Notes under the pieces: model-generated
Database searches by the model: none
What the model was told of the DNA's origin: nothing
What the model saw: only the letters and a program-made list of their open reading frames with translations
Part shown: positions 29,526 to 39,588 of the stretch, piece by piece
Position numbering within the stretch: position 1 is the stretch's first letter
How the letters are laid out: each line of letters starts with the position of its first letter
Program-made: the position numbers and the translations under genes
NCBI GenBank assembly: GCA_051251855.1
Contig: JBPOGI010000007.1
Coordinates: forward strand, 224,001 to 288,000
Source of the DNA: Roseibacillus sp.
GTDB taxonomy: Bacteria; Verrucomicrobiota; Verrucomicrobiia; Verrucomicrobiales; Akkermansiaceae
DNA length: 64,000 bases
Direction of reading: 5' to 3'

Positions 29526-32500
29526 TTAGAATTGGGGCAGTGGATAGATGTGAGACCTCTTTTCATCACCTTCCAAGACTTTGACCATCACTGCTCGATG
29601 AGACTCGATAGTCAAATCGGCATTGCGGTTCAACAGCTGCGAGTCATTCAAGTCCAACCAATAATCGAAGGGACCTGCATCCGCTAGCATGTAGCCAACA
29701 TATCCTGTTTTGTATTCAGTAACAGTAGCGTCATCAACAACGAGGTCCCCTTTCCAAAAGAGGAGTTCCGTGCTCTTGCTTGGGGAAGTGCCCCCATCGA
29801 AACCCGCTACCAGTGTCAAATCGCGCCCATTAGGTCCGGCAGGTGACTGGTCAATCGGCCACATCGCACCTGTAAAGTTGAACCCTTCATTCATCGGTGC
29901 CGCCTGAGCGTAATCAACAACCATTCCGAAGGTGAACTGCTCCACTGGAGGAGTCGTCGCAGGAGCGAGGGCATTGCCAGAGCTCTTAGGATGAATCCAA
30001 TTTCCCATCGAAGGATCAAGACGGCGGCCACCTTGGTCGACCTGGGCAAAGGGATCCGTGACGCGAATCCACTTTGTGTCAGGAGCGGTGCCAACCAACA
30101 TCAGGGTATCAAATCCAGGGGAACTCTTACGGGTATCATAGAAGAGCAAACGCGTCGCATCGGCAGGATTGGAGTCCTCTTCACCCAAAAAGGTGGTCGT
30201 CTTATCAAAGGCTTCATCCACCGTGCGATAGCGAATCACTTCGAAACTCGCTCCATTGAGCCCGCTATCTGTGGGCAATCCATCGAGCGTATTGAGAGAG
30301 GCTACCGCTTCGTCAAAGATGTCATCATCATTGAGCAAGGTGATAGACCCCATCCCACCGGCAAGAATATCGAAACGATGTCCTTCGAAAAGACCACTCG
30401 TCACTTGCAGGTAATATTCTCCATCAACGCCAACGAATGAGGACAAGTCGAGGTTACCCACTGAATCGCTGACATCCAAAGTGATATCTCCAGTCCCAGC
30501 GTCTTCAGCCAGAGTCAAAACTCCACTTCCAAAGGTTCCGCTCAAACTTGGCTTCTCCTTGAAGGGCGAACTAAAGCTCGCACACTCGTAGTCGTTATAG
30601 GCGTTGCACTGCCAACCAAAGATGCGGGTGTAGAAAACCTCACTGGCTTCGTAAGTGCCACTCGCATCCGCATCAACCTCAACTTTGACTCGCACCACAC
30701 CACTCACAGGAGAGGTCGGAGCTGCGCTCTGGATATTGAAGTAAGTCACCTTCTCTGCTTCGAGGGGCACATCGGCATCCGTGGTATTAACGGTCGGAGT
30801 CACGTTAAGAGTGCTCCAAGTGGTCGGAGTGCCAAGAGTCGACGCCCCTTCGAGGGTGTATCTCACATCACCAAGTCCTCCACGACGGCGCATGAATTGC
30901 GCGGCAACCGTGCCATCTGCCGCTTTTTCAAGACAGAATTCACCGTGCCCGGGAACTCCGTTGGCGGCATTCAGACAGAAGGCATACTCGAGGGCATTCG
31001 GATAGATGTCTCCGTCAGGGTTGTCCCCGAGTGCGGTCTCTCCATTGAGGGTCGAACCGTAACTTGCAAGATAGGCCCCATAAGTATCACTCTTTCGAAT
31101 CTCGACAAAGTCGTTACCGCTGTCGGTTTCACCCGCATCCAATGTAACGGGAATGAGGTCGTCAGTCGTCGAAGCATTCGACTGGTCTGCCGTGGTTCCA
31201 GTATCAGTTGTGCTGTCGAGGTCGGTGACCGTAACGAAGTTGTTTGGCTGAGTCTCTTTCACCGTATAGCTGCCAGGAGCGAGGCCTGTGAACGCATAAC
31301 TTCCATCAGTCGTGGTCACGACGTAATCCTGAGTGCCTGCAAGATTTGGATTATCCGCAGGACCTTCTCCGGCATCATCGCTGTCTCCGTCACCATTGAG
31401 GTCGGTGCAAAGGGTGAGGGTGACCACGTTAATCACAACATCGCCGCCACCATCTCCATCGGTGTCTTCGTAGATCGTTCCCGCAATCGCAGCGGCCTGA
31501 ACGAAGCCAAAGTCCACCGTGAGATTGGTGTTGTTATCATCAGCAGTGTTGACCGCATTGGCTGCGTCTTTTCCTGCTTCGCCCGTAGGCTCCGCATTGT
31601 TCGCAAGGTCAATCACGGTCGAAGTGACACCATCACTGGTGACGTCATCCCCGTTCTCATCGACGTTGTCATCACTTCCAATGTCGCCACCTTGACCAAT
31701 CACGGGAAGATAGCCCACGAGGTCTCCCCCAGTGGTGAATTCGCTCGCTGGAATCACGATGTAATATTTTCCGGAAGGTAAGTTACTAAAGAGGTAGCAA
31801 CCGCCGCTTGCGGTAACCATCCCTCCTGCCGCATCATCAGCACTGCCAAGAATTCCGTCGGGGCCAACGTTGATTTCGACATCATCGCCACCGCCAATTT
31901 GGTCGTCTCCTCCAGCGCTGAAAATCTGAACGCTGATGCCATCAAACCCTTCCCCAGCATCGTAGACACCGTTGTTGTTGAGGTCAGTAAAGACGAGGTT
32001 ACCCACCGCCACAGGAACTTCTTCAACGAAGTCGTTGCCGCCATCGGTTTCACCTGCATCCACAGAAACAGGGATGAGGTTGTCGCTCGTCGAAGCATTC
32101 GATTGGTCCACGGTCGCGCCCGTGTCAGTCGCGCTATCAAAGTCGGTGACGGTCACATAGCCATTTGGCTGAGTCTCTTTTACCACGTAGCTCCCTGGAG
32201 TGAGTCCAGTGAAGGCATAAGTGCCGTCGGTGGTGGTAAGGATGTAATCCTGAGTGCCCGCAAGATTTGGATTATCCGCAGGACCTTCTCCCGCATCATC
32301 ACTGTCTCCGTCGCCATTGAGATCGGTGCAGAGTGTGAGGGTGACCACGTTAATCACAACATCGCCGTTTCCATCTCCATCGGCGTCCTCGTAAATCGTT
32401 CCCGCAATCACTGCAGGTGCGACGAAGCCAAAGTCGACGGTCAGGTCGGTGTTATTATCGTCGGCAGCATTGACCGCATTGGCTGCGTCTTTTCCTGCCT

Positions 32501-35500
32501 CCTTGGTTACCTCCGCATTGTTGGCAAGGTCAATGACGGTTGAAGTGACGCCATCACTAGTAATGTCATCCCCGTTCTCATCGACGTTGTCATCACTCGC
32601 AATGTCTCCACCTTGACCAATCACGGGAAGATAGCCCACGAGGTCTCCCCCAGTAGTGAATTCGCTCGCAGGAATCAGGATATAGTATTTGCCTGAAGGT
32701 AGATTGCTAAAGAGGTAGCAACCGCCACTTGCGGTCACCATGCCGCCTGCAGCGTCATCAGCAGTGCCTAGGATTCCGTCAGGACCCACGTTGATTTCGA
32801 CATCATCACCACCGCCAATCTGGTCGTCTCCTCCAGCGCTGAAAATCTGAACGCTGACGCCATCAACCCCTTCGCCAGCATCGTAAGCACCGTTATTATT
32901 GAGGTCGCTAAAGACGAGGTTACCGACGGCAACAGGAACTTCTTCAACAAAATCGTTACCGCTATCGGTCTCTCCTGCATCCACAGTCGCCGAGATGAGA
33001 TTGTCGCTCGACGAGACATTCGATTGGTCTGCCGTCGCACCCGTATCAACCACACTATCGAGGTCTGTGACTGTCAGAAAGCCGTTTGGCTGAGTCTCTT
33101 TCACGACATAGCTCCCTGGAGTGAGACCAGTGAAGGAATAAGTGCCGTCAGTGGTGGTAACGATGTAATCCTGAGTGCCCGCAAGATTTGGATTATCCGC
33201 AGGACCTTCTCCAGCATCATCACTATCTCCGTCGCCATTGAGGTCGGTGCAGAGTGTAAGAGTAACCACGCTGATGACCACATCGCCGTTTTCATCTCCA
33301 TCGGTGTCCTCGAAGACAGTTCCTGCAATCGCAGCTGGCAGTTCTTCAACGAAGTCGTTGCCGCCATCGGTTTCACCCGCATCAACCGTCACTGGGATGA
33401 GGTTATCACTCGTCGAAGCATTCGATTGGTCCACAGTCGTGCCTGTGTCTGAAGAACTGTCGAGGTCGGTGACCGTCAAATAGTCGTTTGGTTGAGTCTC
33501 TTTCACGACATAGCTTCCGGGAGTCAATCCGGTGAAAGCATAAGTACCGTTGGTCGTTGTGATGGTGTAATCCTGAGTGCCCGCAAGGTTCGGATTATCG
33601 GCAGGGCCTTCACCAGCATCATCGCTATCTCCGTCTCCATTGAGATCGGTGCAGAGTGTAAGAGTAACCACGCTGATGACAACATCGCCGTTTTCATCTC
33701 CATCGGTGTCCTCGAAGATCGTTCCTGCAATCGCAGCTGGCAGTTCTTCAACGAAGTCGTTGCCACTATCAGTCTCCCCCGCATCAACGGTAACAGGAAT
33801 GAGGTTGTCGCTGTTCGAGGTATTGGTTTGATCCACGGTAGCACCCGTGTCCGCTGAGCTATCGAGGTCAGTGACCGTCAGGAAGCCGTTTGGCTGAGTC
33901 TCTTTCACGACATAGCTTCCCGGAGTGAGTCCGGTAAAGGCGTAAGTTCCATCGGTCGTGGTAATGGTATAATCCTGAGTGCTCGCGAGGTTCGGATTAT
34001 CCGCAGGACCTTCTCCAGCATCATCACTATCTCCGTCGCCATTGAGGTCGGTGCAGAGCGTAAGAGTAACCACGCTGATGACAACATCGCCGTTTTCATC
34101 TCCATCGGTGTCCTCGAAGACAGTTCCCGCAATCGCCGCCGGCTCCACGAAGCCGAAGTCGACGGTGAGGTCTGTATTATCATCGTCGGCAGCGTTGACT
34201 GCATTCGCCGCATCTTTTCCATTCTCTTTGGTGGGCTCTGCATTGTTCGCAAGGTCAATCACAGTGGAAGTAACGCCATCACTGGTAGTATCGTCTCCAT
34301 TTTCATCAACGCTATCATCGTTGCCGAGGTCTCCACCTTGCCCAATCACGGGAAGATAGCCCACGAGGTCTCCGCCAGCAGTGAATTCGCTCGACGGAAT
34401 AAGAATATAGTATTTACCGGAAGGTAGATTGCTAAAGAGGTAGCAACCACCACTTGCGGTCACCATGCCGCCAACAGCATCATCTGCAGTGCCAAGGATT
34501 CCGTCGGGACCCACGTTGATCTCCACGTCGTCACCACCGCCAATCTGGTCGTCTCCGCCAGCACTATAAATCTGAACACTGACGCCATCAACTCCTTCAC
34601 CAGCGTCGTAGACACCGTTGTTGTTAAGGTCGCTGAAGACGAGGTTACCCACCGCGACAGGAACTTCTTCAACGAAGTCGTTGCCGCCATCAGTTTCACC
34701 CGCATCAACTGTCACTGGGATGAGGTTATCACCGGTCGAAGCATTCGATTGGTCCGCGGTCGTGCCTGTGTCAGTAGAGCTATCGAGGTCGGTGACCGTC
34801 AGATAGTCGTTTGGCTGAGTTTCCTTCACGACATAGCTCCCCGGAGTCAGTCCGGTGAACGCGTAGGTGCCGTTGGTAGTAGTAACAGTGTAATCCTGCG
34901 AGCCAACGAGATTCGGATTATCAGCAGGACCTTCTCCGGCGTCATCGCTGTCTCCGTCACCATTGAGGTCGGTGCAGAGCGTAAGAGTGACCACATTGAT
35001 AGCGACATCGCCGTTTCCATCTCCATCGGTGTCTTCGTAGATCGTTCCTGCAATCGCTGCTGGCAACTCTTCAACAAAGTCATTGCCGCTATCGGTCTCC
35101 CCCGCATCCACAGTAGCAGGAATAAGATTGTCGCTCGTCGAGGCGTTAGATTGGTCCACGGTAGTTCCAGTATCAGCCGCACTGTCGAAATCGGTGACCG
35201 TGAGATAGCCGTTTGGCTGGGTCTCCTTCACGACATAACTTCCAGGAGCCAGTCCCGTGAACGCATACGTGCCATTGGTAGTGGTGATTGTGTAATCCTG
35301 AGCGCCTGCGAGGTTAGGATTATCAGCAGGACCTTCTCCGGCATCGTCACTATCTCCATCACCATTGAGGTCGGTGCAGAGGGTAAGAGTGACCACGTTA
35401 ATCACAACATCGCCTCCCCCATCTCCATCGGTGTCTTGGTAGATTGCTCCCGCAATCGCAGCAGGTCGCTCCTCAACAAAATCGTTGCCGCTATCCGTCT

Positions 35501-38390
35501 CATCCGCAACGACGCTTACAGGAATACTATTATCCGTTGTGCTCGTGTTCGTGCCATCGTCTCCGGGAATGGTGGTGTCACCATCAGTCACGGTGAGAAA
35601 ACCACTCGGCTGGTCTTGCACAACCACGTAATCCTCGGGGGCAAGATTGGTGAAGGCATAAGTCCCGTCGGTGGTGGTGACGACATAGTCCTGTGTTCCG
35701 GCAATATTGGGATTATCGATTGCAGTGGTACCGTCGCTCGCGAACAAACGAATGGTCGTCACATTAATGACAACATCGCCATCATCGTCATTGTCTGTGT
35801 CCTCAAAGGTCGTTCCGGTGATACTTGCAATCGGAATCTCCAGCGAAAGGTTCACGCTACCCACACAACCAGCGGTGTCAGAAGCGGTCACCGCAAAATT
35901 GAAAGAGTTCCCCTCTGTCGGAGTTCCAGAGAGCACGCCAACATTGCCACTATCGACAAAGGACATTCCCGCCGGTAAAGAACCAGACGAAAGAGTCCAC
36001 GTCACCGCGCCGTTGGCTCCAGGTGCGGTGAAATTAACCGGTCCATAACTCTGACCGAACTGTCCGTCAGCAAGCGTGGAAGGAGTGATTACGAGAGCAT
36101 CGCAACTCACAGAAATCGTAAAGGTTGCCGTTCCAACACACCCCTCATCATCGGTCGAAGTGATCGTGAAAGTTTGTGATTCAACAGTTGTAGGAGTTCC
36201 TTGAATCTTGTCGCCAACAATCGACAACCCATCTGGCAGAACCCCAGAGGTAACCACATAACTATAGGGTGCAACTCCACCGAAAGTGGCGAGAGTTTCA
36301 CTATAAGGCACTCCCACCTCTCCAGCGCTCAAACTCGGAGGCCCCACGGTGAGAACCGGACAGGTAAACCCGAAGTCGTAACTGTAATTTTCATCACTCG
36401 CAGGACTTGTGACAAAAATTAGAGCTTCGCCACCAACGGGAGAGGCATCAGAATCCAAGTCATCCCCCGTTGGGCTGTTGTTTGTCACTCCCCCAGCATT
36501 GGTGGGGCTCAAAACAAGACCATTTAGAGGAGCTTGACTGACATCGATACAGACGCGGTAAGACGTCGAAGCTTCAAGTCCATCCGCATTCCCAAAGTAG
36601 TAAAATCCAGATGAATCCGTTGTCGTTGTAAGAGGAACAGGTGGACTGCAATCGATGTTAAAGTTATTCAATCTCACTCGCTTCGTTGCCAAGTCAGCAT
36701 CACTCCTGACCCGGATTCGATTGGCGGTGTTCGGAAGAGGAAGAGCACCGCTTGATTGAACGGCACCATCCAAGCCAGCACCATCGATAATCGCCAAGGC
36801 AGTCCAATCAACCCCACCATTTTCAGAATACTCGAAAAAGAGTTGGTCCGTCGACTCCCATGCTAAATTGTAGCGCTCATAGTCAAAGCTCAAGAAAGCA
36901 GAACGACAACCACTCAAGTCGAGCGCACGAGAAACGTCTGCCGTAGACCGTATCGTAATCATCTGGTCGCCACCAAAGTCCTCAATCTGCACGAGACCTT
37001 CATTCGTGCCATCACTCGCAGCCGCTGTCTCACTATCGAGCCAAGGTCCTTCAGAAGGCCACCCCCCCAAGCCACCCCCACTCCAAGAACCTAAATTGCC
37101 ATCGAGAGAATAGCCTGAAATCGCATCGGCATGGCTCGAGGCTGGAACGCCATCCACCATCACCGGATCACCATTGCTGTCTTGAAGACAAACGACCACC
37201 CCCTCAATTCCTGGCTCACCAGCATCCCGGTCGCCATCTCCATTGAGGTCTTCCCAAACAAGGTTCCCGATCGCTACAGTATCAATATCAGCAGTCACCT
37301 TGAGGACAGGAGCCAAAGCGTCACCATCATTGCGACAACCTTCCACCCAGCGCAGACCAATCAAATCACCGGACGATGGGTTGCTCGCACCAAAGAGTGC
37401 CCGCGGAATCACAGCTTCGATAATATAGGTCGGAGCATCGTTTTCCTCGTTCCCACTCGGAAACTCATAACGATAATAGTCCACATAAGTCGCATTACCC
37501 AGCAACGTCGCGGTCGCTTGAGGGTGACTTGGGTCAAAGTTCGTGTGCTCATAATCTGCCTGAACGTGACCCACTCGTGAACCAGTATACCAGTCGCCCA
37601 CGGTAGGATAAACGATATCACTCGCTGTCGCCGGCAAATCTGAAGTGGTCTCATAGAACCCGCTTCCCAAGTTAAAAGAGTTCATGAACGAAGTGGAGAA
37701 CGTTCCCGTACCCACCGTCACAACATCCTCGTTGGTATTATCGTTATTCGGGCGGACATCGTCGGTGATGTCTAATCCATAGTTGTAGCTCCAAGTGGTG
37801 GCATTATTCTCATTCCGCTCAGTGCCAGCCTTGAACAAGCTAATGGAGACGTCTCCCGGACGAATAAATGCTCGGGTTGCATCGATGCGAGGATCCACGA
37901 TACCAATATCATCCACATCTTCGTCTCCATCCAAGTCGATGTTCGCGAATGGAACCGAAGTCACAATCGCCAGGTAGATATAATCCTCATCGTTGTCGAG
38001 ATAGAGGGCCTCAACATCATACCACTCACCGCCCGATGGATAGTTGTCAGCGTCCGGCGTCCCTGGGGCCGGGGTGTGATCAATCGAGGTTTGTCCAAAG
38101 GCATTGTCCCATGTTCCGAACCAATCCCCTTCCGTCCAATCTACCGTGCCTACATTTTTTGTAGGAACAAAGCTGGTGTGATCAAACATATAACCCCCAT
38201 TAGGGCCCGTACCATCGTTATAACCCGCTGCCGCATTTAATGTCGCCTCCAACTCGAGCGTCACACCAAATCTGGATTGTAAAAGCTTCTCACCCGCGGG
38301 AGGCGCTGGTGCGGCGTACAAATTGAAAGTTTGCGCGCACAATAGGGTGGCCAAGGGCAATTGTAATAATTTCGGCAATGTCGAATTCAT
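29526..38390 (-). CDS. Giant secreted repeat protein (~2950 aa): putative Ig (He_PIG-like) domains, SdrD B-like tandem repeats, conserved C-terminal region
   Basis: Start at MNSTLPKLL with a signal peptide; GGVAPYSY..SGVLPDGL..GTPT Ig-like units; near-identical internal repeats; C-terminus shared with 11784-26474. Confidence 0.92.
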   Translation of the reverse strand: MNSTLPKLLQLPLATLLCAQTFNLYAAPAPPAGEKLLQSRFGVTLELEATLNAAAGYNDGTGPNGGYMFDHTSFVPTKNVGTVDWTEGDWFGTWDNAFGQTSIDHTPAPGTPDADNYPSGGEWYDVEALYLDNDEDYIYLAIVTSVPFANIDLDGDEDVDDIGIVDPRIDATRAFIRPGDVSISLFKAGTERNENNATTWSYNYGLDITDDVRPNNDNTNEDVVTVGTGTFSTSFMNSFNLGSGFYETTSDLPATASDIVYPTVGDWYTGSRVGHVQADYEHTNFDPSHPQATATLLGNATYVDYYRYEFPSGNEENDAPTYIIEAVIPRALFGASNPSSGDLIGLRWVEGCRNDGDALAPVLKVTADIDTVAIGNLVWEDLNGDGDRDAGEPGIEGVVVCLQDSNGDPVMVDGVPASSHADAISGYSLDGNLGSWSGGGLGGWPSEGPWLDSETAAASDGTNEGLVQIEDFGGDQMITIRSTADVSRALDLSGCRSAFLSFDYERYNLAWESTDQLFFEYSENGGVDWTALAIIDGAGLDGAVQSSGALPLPNTANRIRVRSDADLATKRVRLNNFNIDCSPPVPLTTTTDSSGFYYFGNADGLEASTSYRVCIDVSQAPLNGLVLSPTNAGGVTNNSPTGDDLDSDASPVGGEALIFVTSPASDENYSYDFGFTCPVLTVGPPSLSAGEVGVPYSETLATFGGVAPYSYVVTSGVLPDGLSIVGDKIQGTPTTVESQTFTITSTDDEGCVGTATFTISVSCDALVITPSTLADGQFGQSYGPVNFTAPGANGAVTWTLSSGSLPAGMSFVDSGNVGVLSGTPTEGNSFNFAVTASDTAGCVGSVNLSLEIPIASITGTTFEDTDNDDDGDVVINVTTIRLFASDGTTAIDNPNIAGTQDYVVTTTDGTYAFTNLAPEDYVVVQDQPSGFLTVTDGDTTIPGDDGTNTSTTDNSIPVSVVADETDSGNDFVEERPAAIAGAIYQDTDGDGGGDVVINVVTLTLCTDLNGDGDSDDAGEGPADNPNLAGAQDYTITTTNGTYAFTGLAPGSYVVKETQPNGYLTVTDFDSAADTGTTVDQSNASTSDNLIPATVDAGETDSGNDFVEELPAAIAGTIYEDTDGDGNGDVAINVVTLTLCTDLNGDGDSDDAGEGPADNPNLVGSQDYTVTTTNGTYAFTGLTPGSYVVKETQPNDYLTVTDLDSSTDTGTTADQSNASTGDNLIPVTVDAGETDGGNDFVEEVPVAVGNLVFSDLNNNGVYDAGEGVDGVSVQIYSAGGDDQIGGGDDVEINVGPDGILGTADDAVGGMVTASGGCYLFSNLPSGKYYILIPSSEFTAGGDLVGYLPVIGQGGDLGNDDSVDENGDDTTSDGVTSTVIDLANNAEPTKENGKDAANAVNAADDDNTDLTVDFGFVEPAAIAGTVFEDTDGDENGDVVISVVTLTLCTDLNGDGDSDDAGEGPADNPNLASTQDYTITTTDGTYAFTGLTPGSYVVKETQPNGFLTVTDLDSSADTGATVDQTNTSNSDNLIPVTVDAGETDSGNDFVEELPAAIAGTIFEDTDGDENGDVVISVVTLTLCTDLNGDGDSDDAGEGPADNPNLAGTQDYTITTTNGTYAFTGLTPGSYVVKETQPNDYLTVTDLDSSSDTGTTVDQSNASTSDNLIPVTVDAGETDGGNDFVEELPAAIAGTVFEDTDGDENGDVVISVVTLTLCTDLNGDGDSDDAGEGPADNPNLAGTQDYIVTTTDGTYSFTGLTPGSYVVKETQPNGFLTVTDLDSVVDTGATADQSNVSSSDNLISATVDAGETDSGNDFVEEVPVAVGNLVFSDLNNNGAYDAGEGVDGVSVQIFSAGGDDQIGGGDDVEINVGPDGILGTADDAAGGMVTASGGCYLFSNLPSGKYYILIPASEFTTGGDLVGYLPVIGQGGDIASDDNVDENGDDITSDGVTSTVIDLANNAEVTKEAGKDAANAVNAADDNNTDLTVDFGFVAPAVIAGTIYEDADGDGNGDVVINVVTLTLCTDLNGDGDSDDAGEGPADNPNLAGTQDYILTTTDGTYAFTGLTPGSYVVKETQPNGYVTVTDFDSATDTGATVDQSNASTSDNLIPVSVDAGETDGGNDFVEEVPVAVGNLVFTDLNNNGVYDAGEGFDGISVQIFSAGGDDQIGGGDDVEINVGPDGILGSADDAAGGMVTASGGCYLFSNLPSGKYYIVIPASEFTTGGDLVGYLPVIGQGGDIGSDDNVDENGDDVTSDGVTSTVIDLANNAEPTGEAGKDAANAVNTADDNNTNLTVDFGFVQAAAIAGTIYEDTDGDGGGDVVINVVTLTLCTDLNGDGDSDDAGEGPADNPNLAGTQDYVVTTTDGSYAFTGLAPGSYTVKETQPNNFVTVTDLDSTTDTGTTADQSNASTTDDLIPVTLDAGETDSGNDFVEIRKSDTYGAYLASYGSTLNGETALGDNPDGDIYPNALEYAFCLNAANGVPGHGEFCLEKAADGTVAAQFMRRRGGLGDVRYTLEGASTLGTPTTWSTLNVTPTVNTTDADVPLEAEKVTYFNIQSAAPTSPVSGVVRVKVEVDADASGTYEASEVFYTRIFGWQCNAYNDYECASFSSPFKEKPSLSGTFGSGVLTLAEDAGTGDITLDVSDSVGNLDLSSFVGVDGEYYLQVTSGLFEGHRFDILAGGMGSITLLNDDDIFDEAVASLNTLDGLPTDSGLNGASFEVIRYRTVDEAFDKTTTFLGEEDSNPADATRLLFYDTRKSSPGFDTLMLVGTAPDTKWIRVTDPFAQVDQGGRRLDPSMGNWIHPKSSGNALAPATTPPVEQFTFGMVVDYAQAAPMNEGFNFTGAMWPIDQSPAGPNGRDLTLVAGFDGGTSPSKSTELLFWKGDLVVDDATVTEYKTGYVGYMLADAGPFDYWLDLNDSQLLNRNADLTIESHRAVMVKVLEGDEKRSHIYPLPQF
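31095..35835 (-). repeat. Intragenic tandem repeats: ~402-nt A units and ~525-nt B units
   Basis: A = PAAIAGT..EDTDGD..TLTLCTDLNGDGDSDDAGEGPADNPNL..GNDFVEE; B = VPVAVGNLVF.DLNNNG..TVDFGFV. N-to-C order: A*(divergent),A,A,B,A,A,A,B,A,B,A. Confidence 0.9.
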
Positions 38391-38487
38391 AAGGAAGGGG
38401 GGACTTGGGGGATTTGAATGAAACACCTCGACATCACATCAGCTTCCCGAAGGCGGGAATTTGCTGCGCAGCTCGAAGCATGACACT

Positions 38488-38515
38488 ATTTTATTTAATT
38501 TTAAAAAATAGTCAA
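38488..38515 (-). promoter_or_regulatory. Putative sigma70-type promoter for the giant-protein cluster
   Basis: Minus-strand TTGACT-N16-TAAAAT in an AT-rich intergenic region ~100 nt upstream of the start at 38390. Confidence 0.5.
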
Positions 38516-38931
38516 CGTTGATGTATTTTTTTAAACTCCGAACTTTTCTCACAAGAGAACAGGATTTAACGTAACCAGCTAAAAAAGAGTGCTTTACCTG
38601 GAAAACCAAAAGAAAGAAAAAAAGAGCGGAAACAAAGAACGCGTCAACCCTAAGTATTTTTATATAGAAAAAAAGGATCGCTCCGACAAAACATCCGAAT
38701 TTAAAATGAATTTACATATAAAATATAATATCTAATTCAGCCGGAATGAAGAAACGGCAGGGAGAAAGCCGCATACCAACAGCCCCCATCAACCCTTGTG
38801 TCCAACATCAAAGCAGATAGCCCTGCGAGAAATATCAGCTCAGCAGGCCCTAGTTCAATCCTCCAACGAAAACTCTCAATTATGCGCTCATACTTTGAGA
38901 CTTTTTCAAAAGTCCGGAGTTTAACTTCACC

Positions 38932-39510
38932 ATGAAGCTACTTCTCTTATTTCTCGCTCTTACGCTCCCCATCTCAGCACAGAGAGGAAAGCCCGACAAC
39001 GCTCCTCAGGTGGGCGATCCCATCCCCAAGACCATAGCTTCGAAACTTTCCGACCAAAAGAAAGTCGACCTTTCAAATCCAAAACGCACTACTGTGCTCA
39101 TCTTCGGTTCACACACATGAGGACCTTTCATGAGGCTGGCCGGGCGCCTGCAATCACTTTACGAAACGCACAAAGATAACGCTGACTTCTACTGGGTCTA
39201 TATCCAAGAAGCACACGCAACAGACGGACGCCGACCGAGCCGAACGGTCGAAATCGCTCTGCACAAGACCATCGAGGATCGTCAAGTGGCCGCAAAGGGA
39301 TGTTCGGCAGAATCCCCACTTAAAGTTCCCGTTCTCATTGATGATATCGAAGATACCGTCTCAAAAGCCTATTCAGCTCTCCCCGAGCGATTCTTTATCC
39401 TTGGGACTGACGGTAAAGTCGCCTACTCGGGAAAACGTGGACCTCACGGCGTCGATATTGACGCTCTGGAAAAACGATTGGTTGAGCTGATTGCGGCCGA
39501 AACAAAGTAA
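38932..39510 (+). CDS. Iodothyronine deiodinase-like thioredoxin-fold selenoprotein (in-frame UGA at 39118-39120 read as Sec)
   Basis: ORFs 38932-39120 and 39130-39510 are in one frame. Read-through gives VLIFGSHT-U-GPF..VYIQEAHATDG..DDIED..AYSALPERFFI..GKVAYSG..GP, matching the deiodinase FGSCTUPPF and YIxEAHxxDG motifs. N-terminal signal peptide present. Confidence 0.85.
39131..39156 (+). promoter_or_regulatory. Candidate bacterial SECIS hairpin
   Basis: AGGC (39133-36) / GCCT (39146-49) stem starting 12 nt after the UGA, with a bulged U39137, a G:C pair and a G-rich loop. Confidence 0.55.
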
Positions 39511-39588
39511 CCCCCCAGTCGTCACTCCCTATCTGACAGGAATCACGCTGGCTGAGAGACAACAGTAAGCCACCCTCTCTTGACCCCT

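Noticed and set aside
11784..31094. Diversity-generating retroelement TR/VR pair in the shared C-termini of the giant genes
   Set aside because: Both copies are coding, differences look largely synonymous and not adenine-specific, and there is no reverse transcriptase in the window.
11947..38164. Many long antisense or alternate-frame ORFs within the giant genes (e.g. 24462-25724, 34749-35978), and similarly within ppdK and the DUF1800 gene
   Set aside because: Expected shadows of codon-biased repetitive genes; no motifs or independent start signals.
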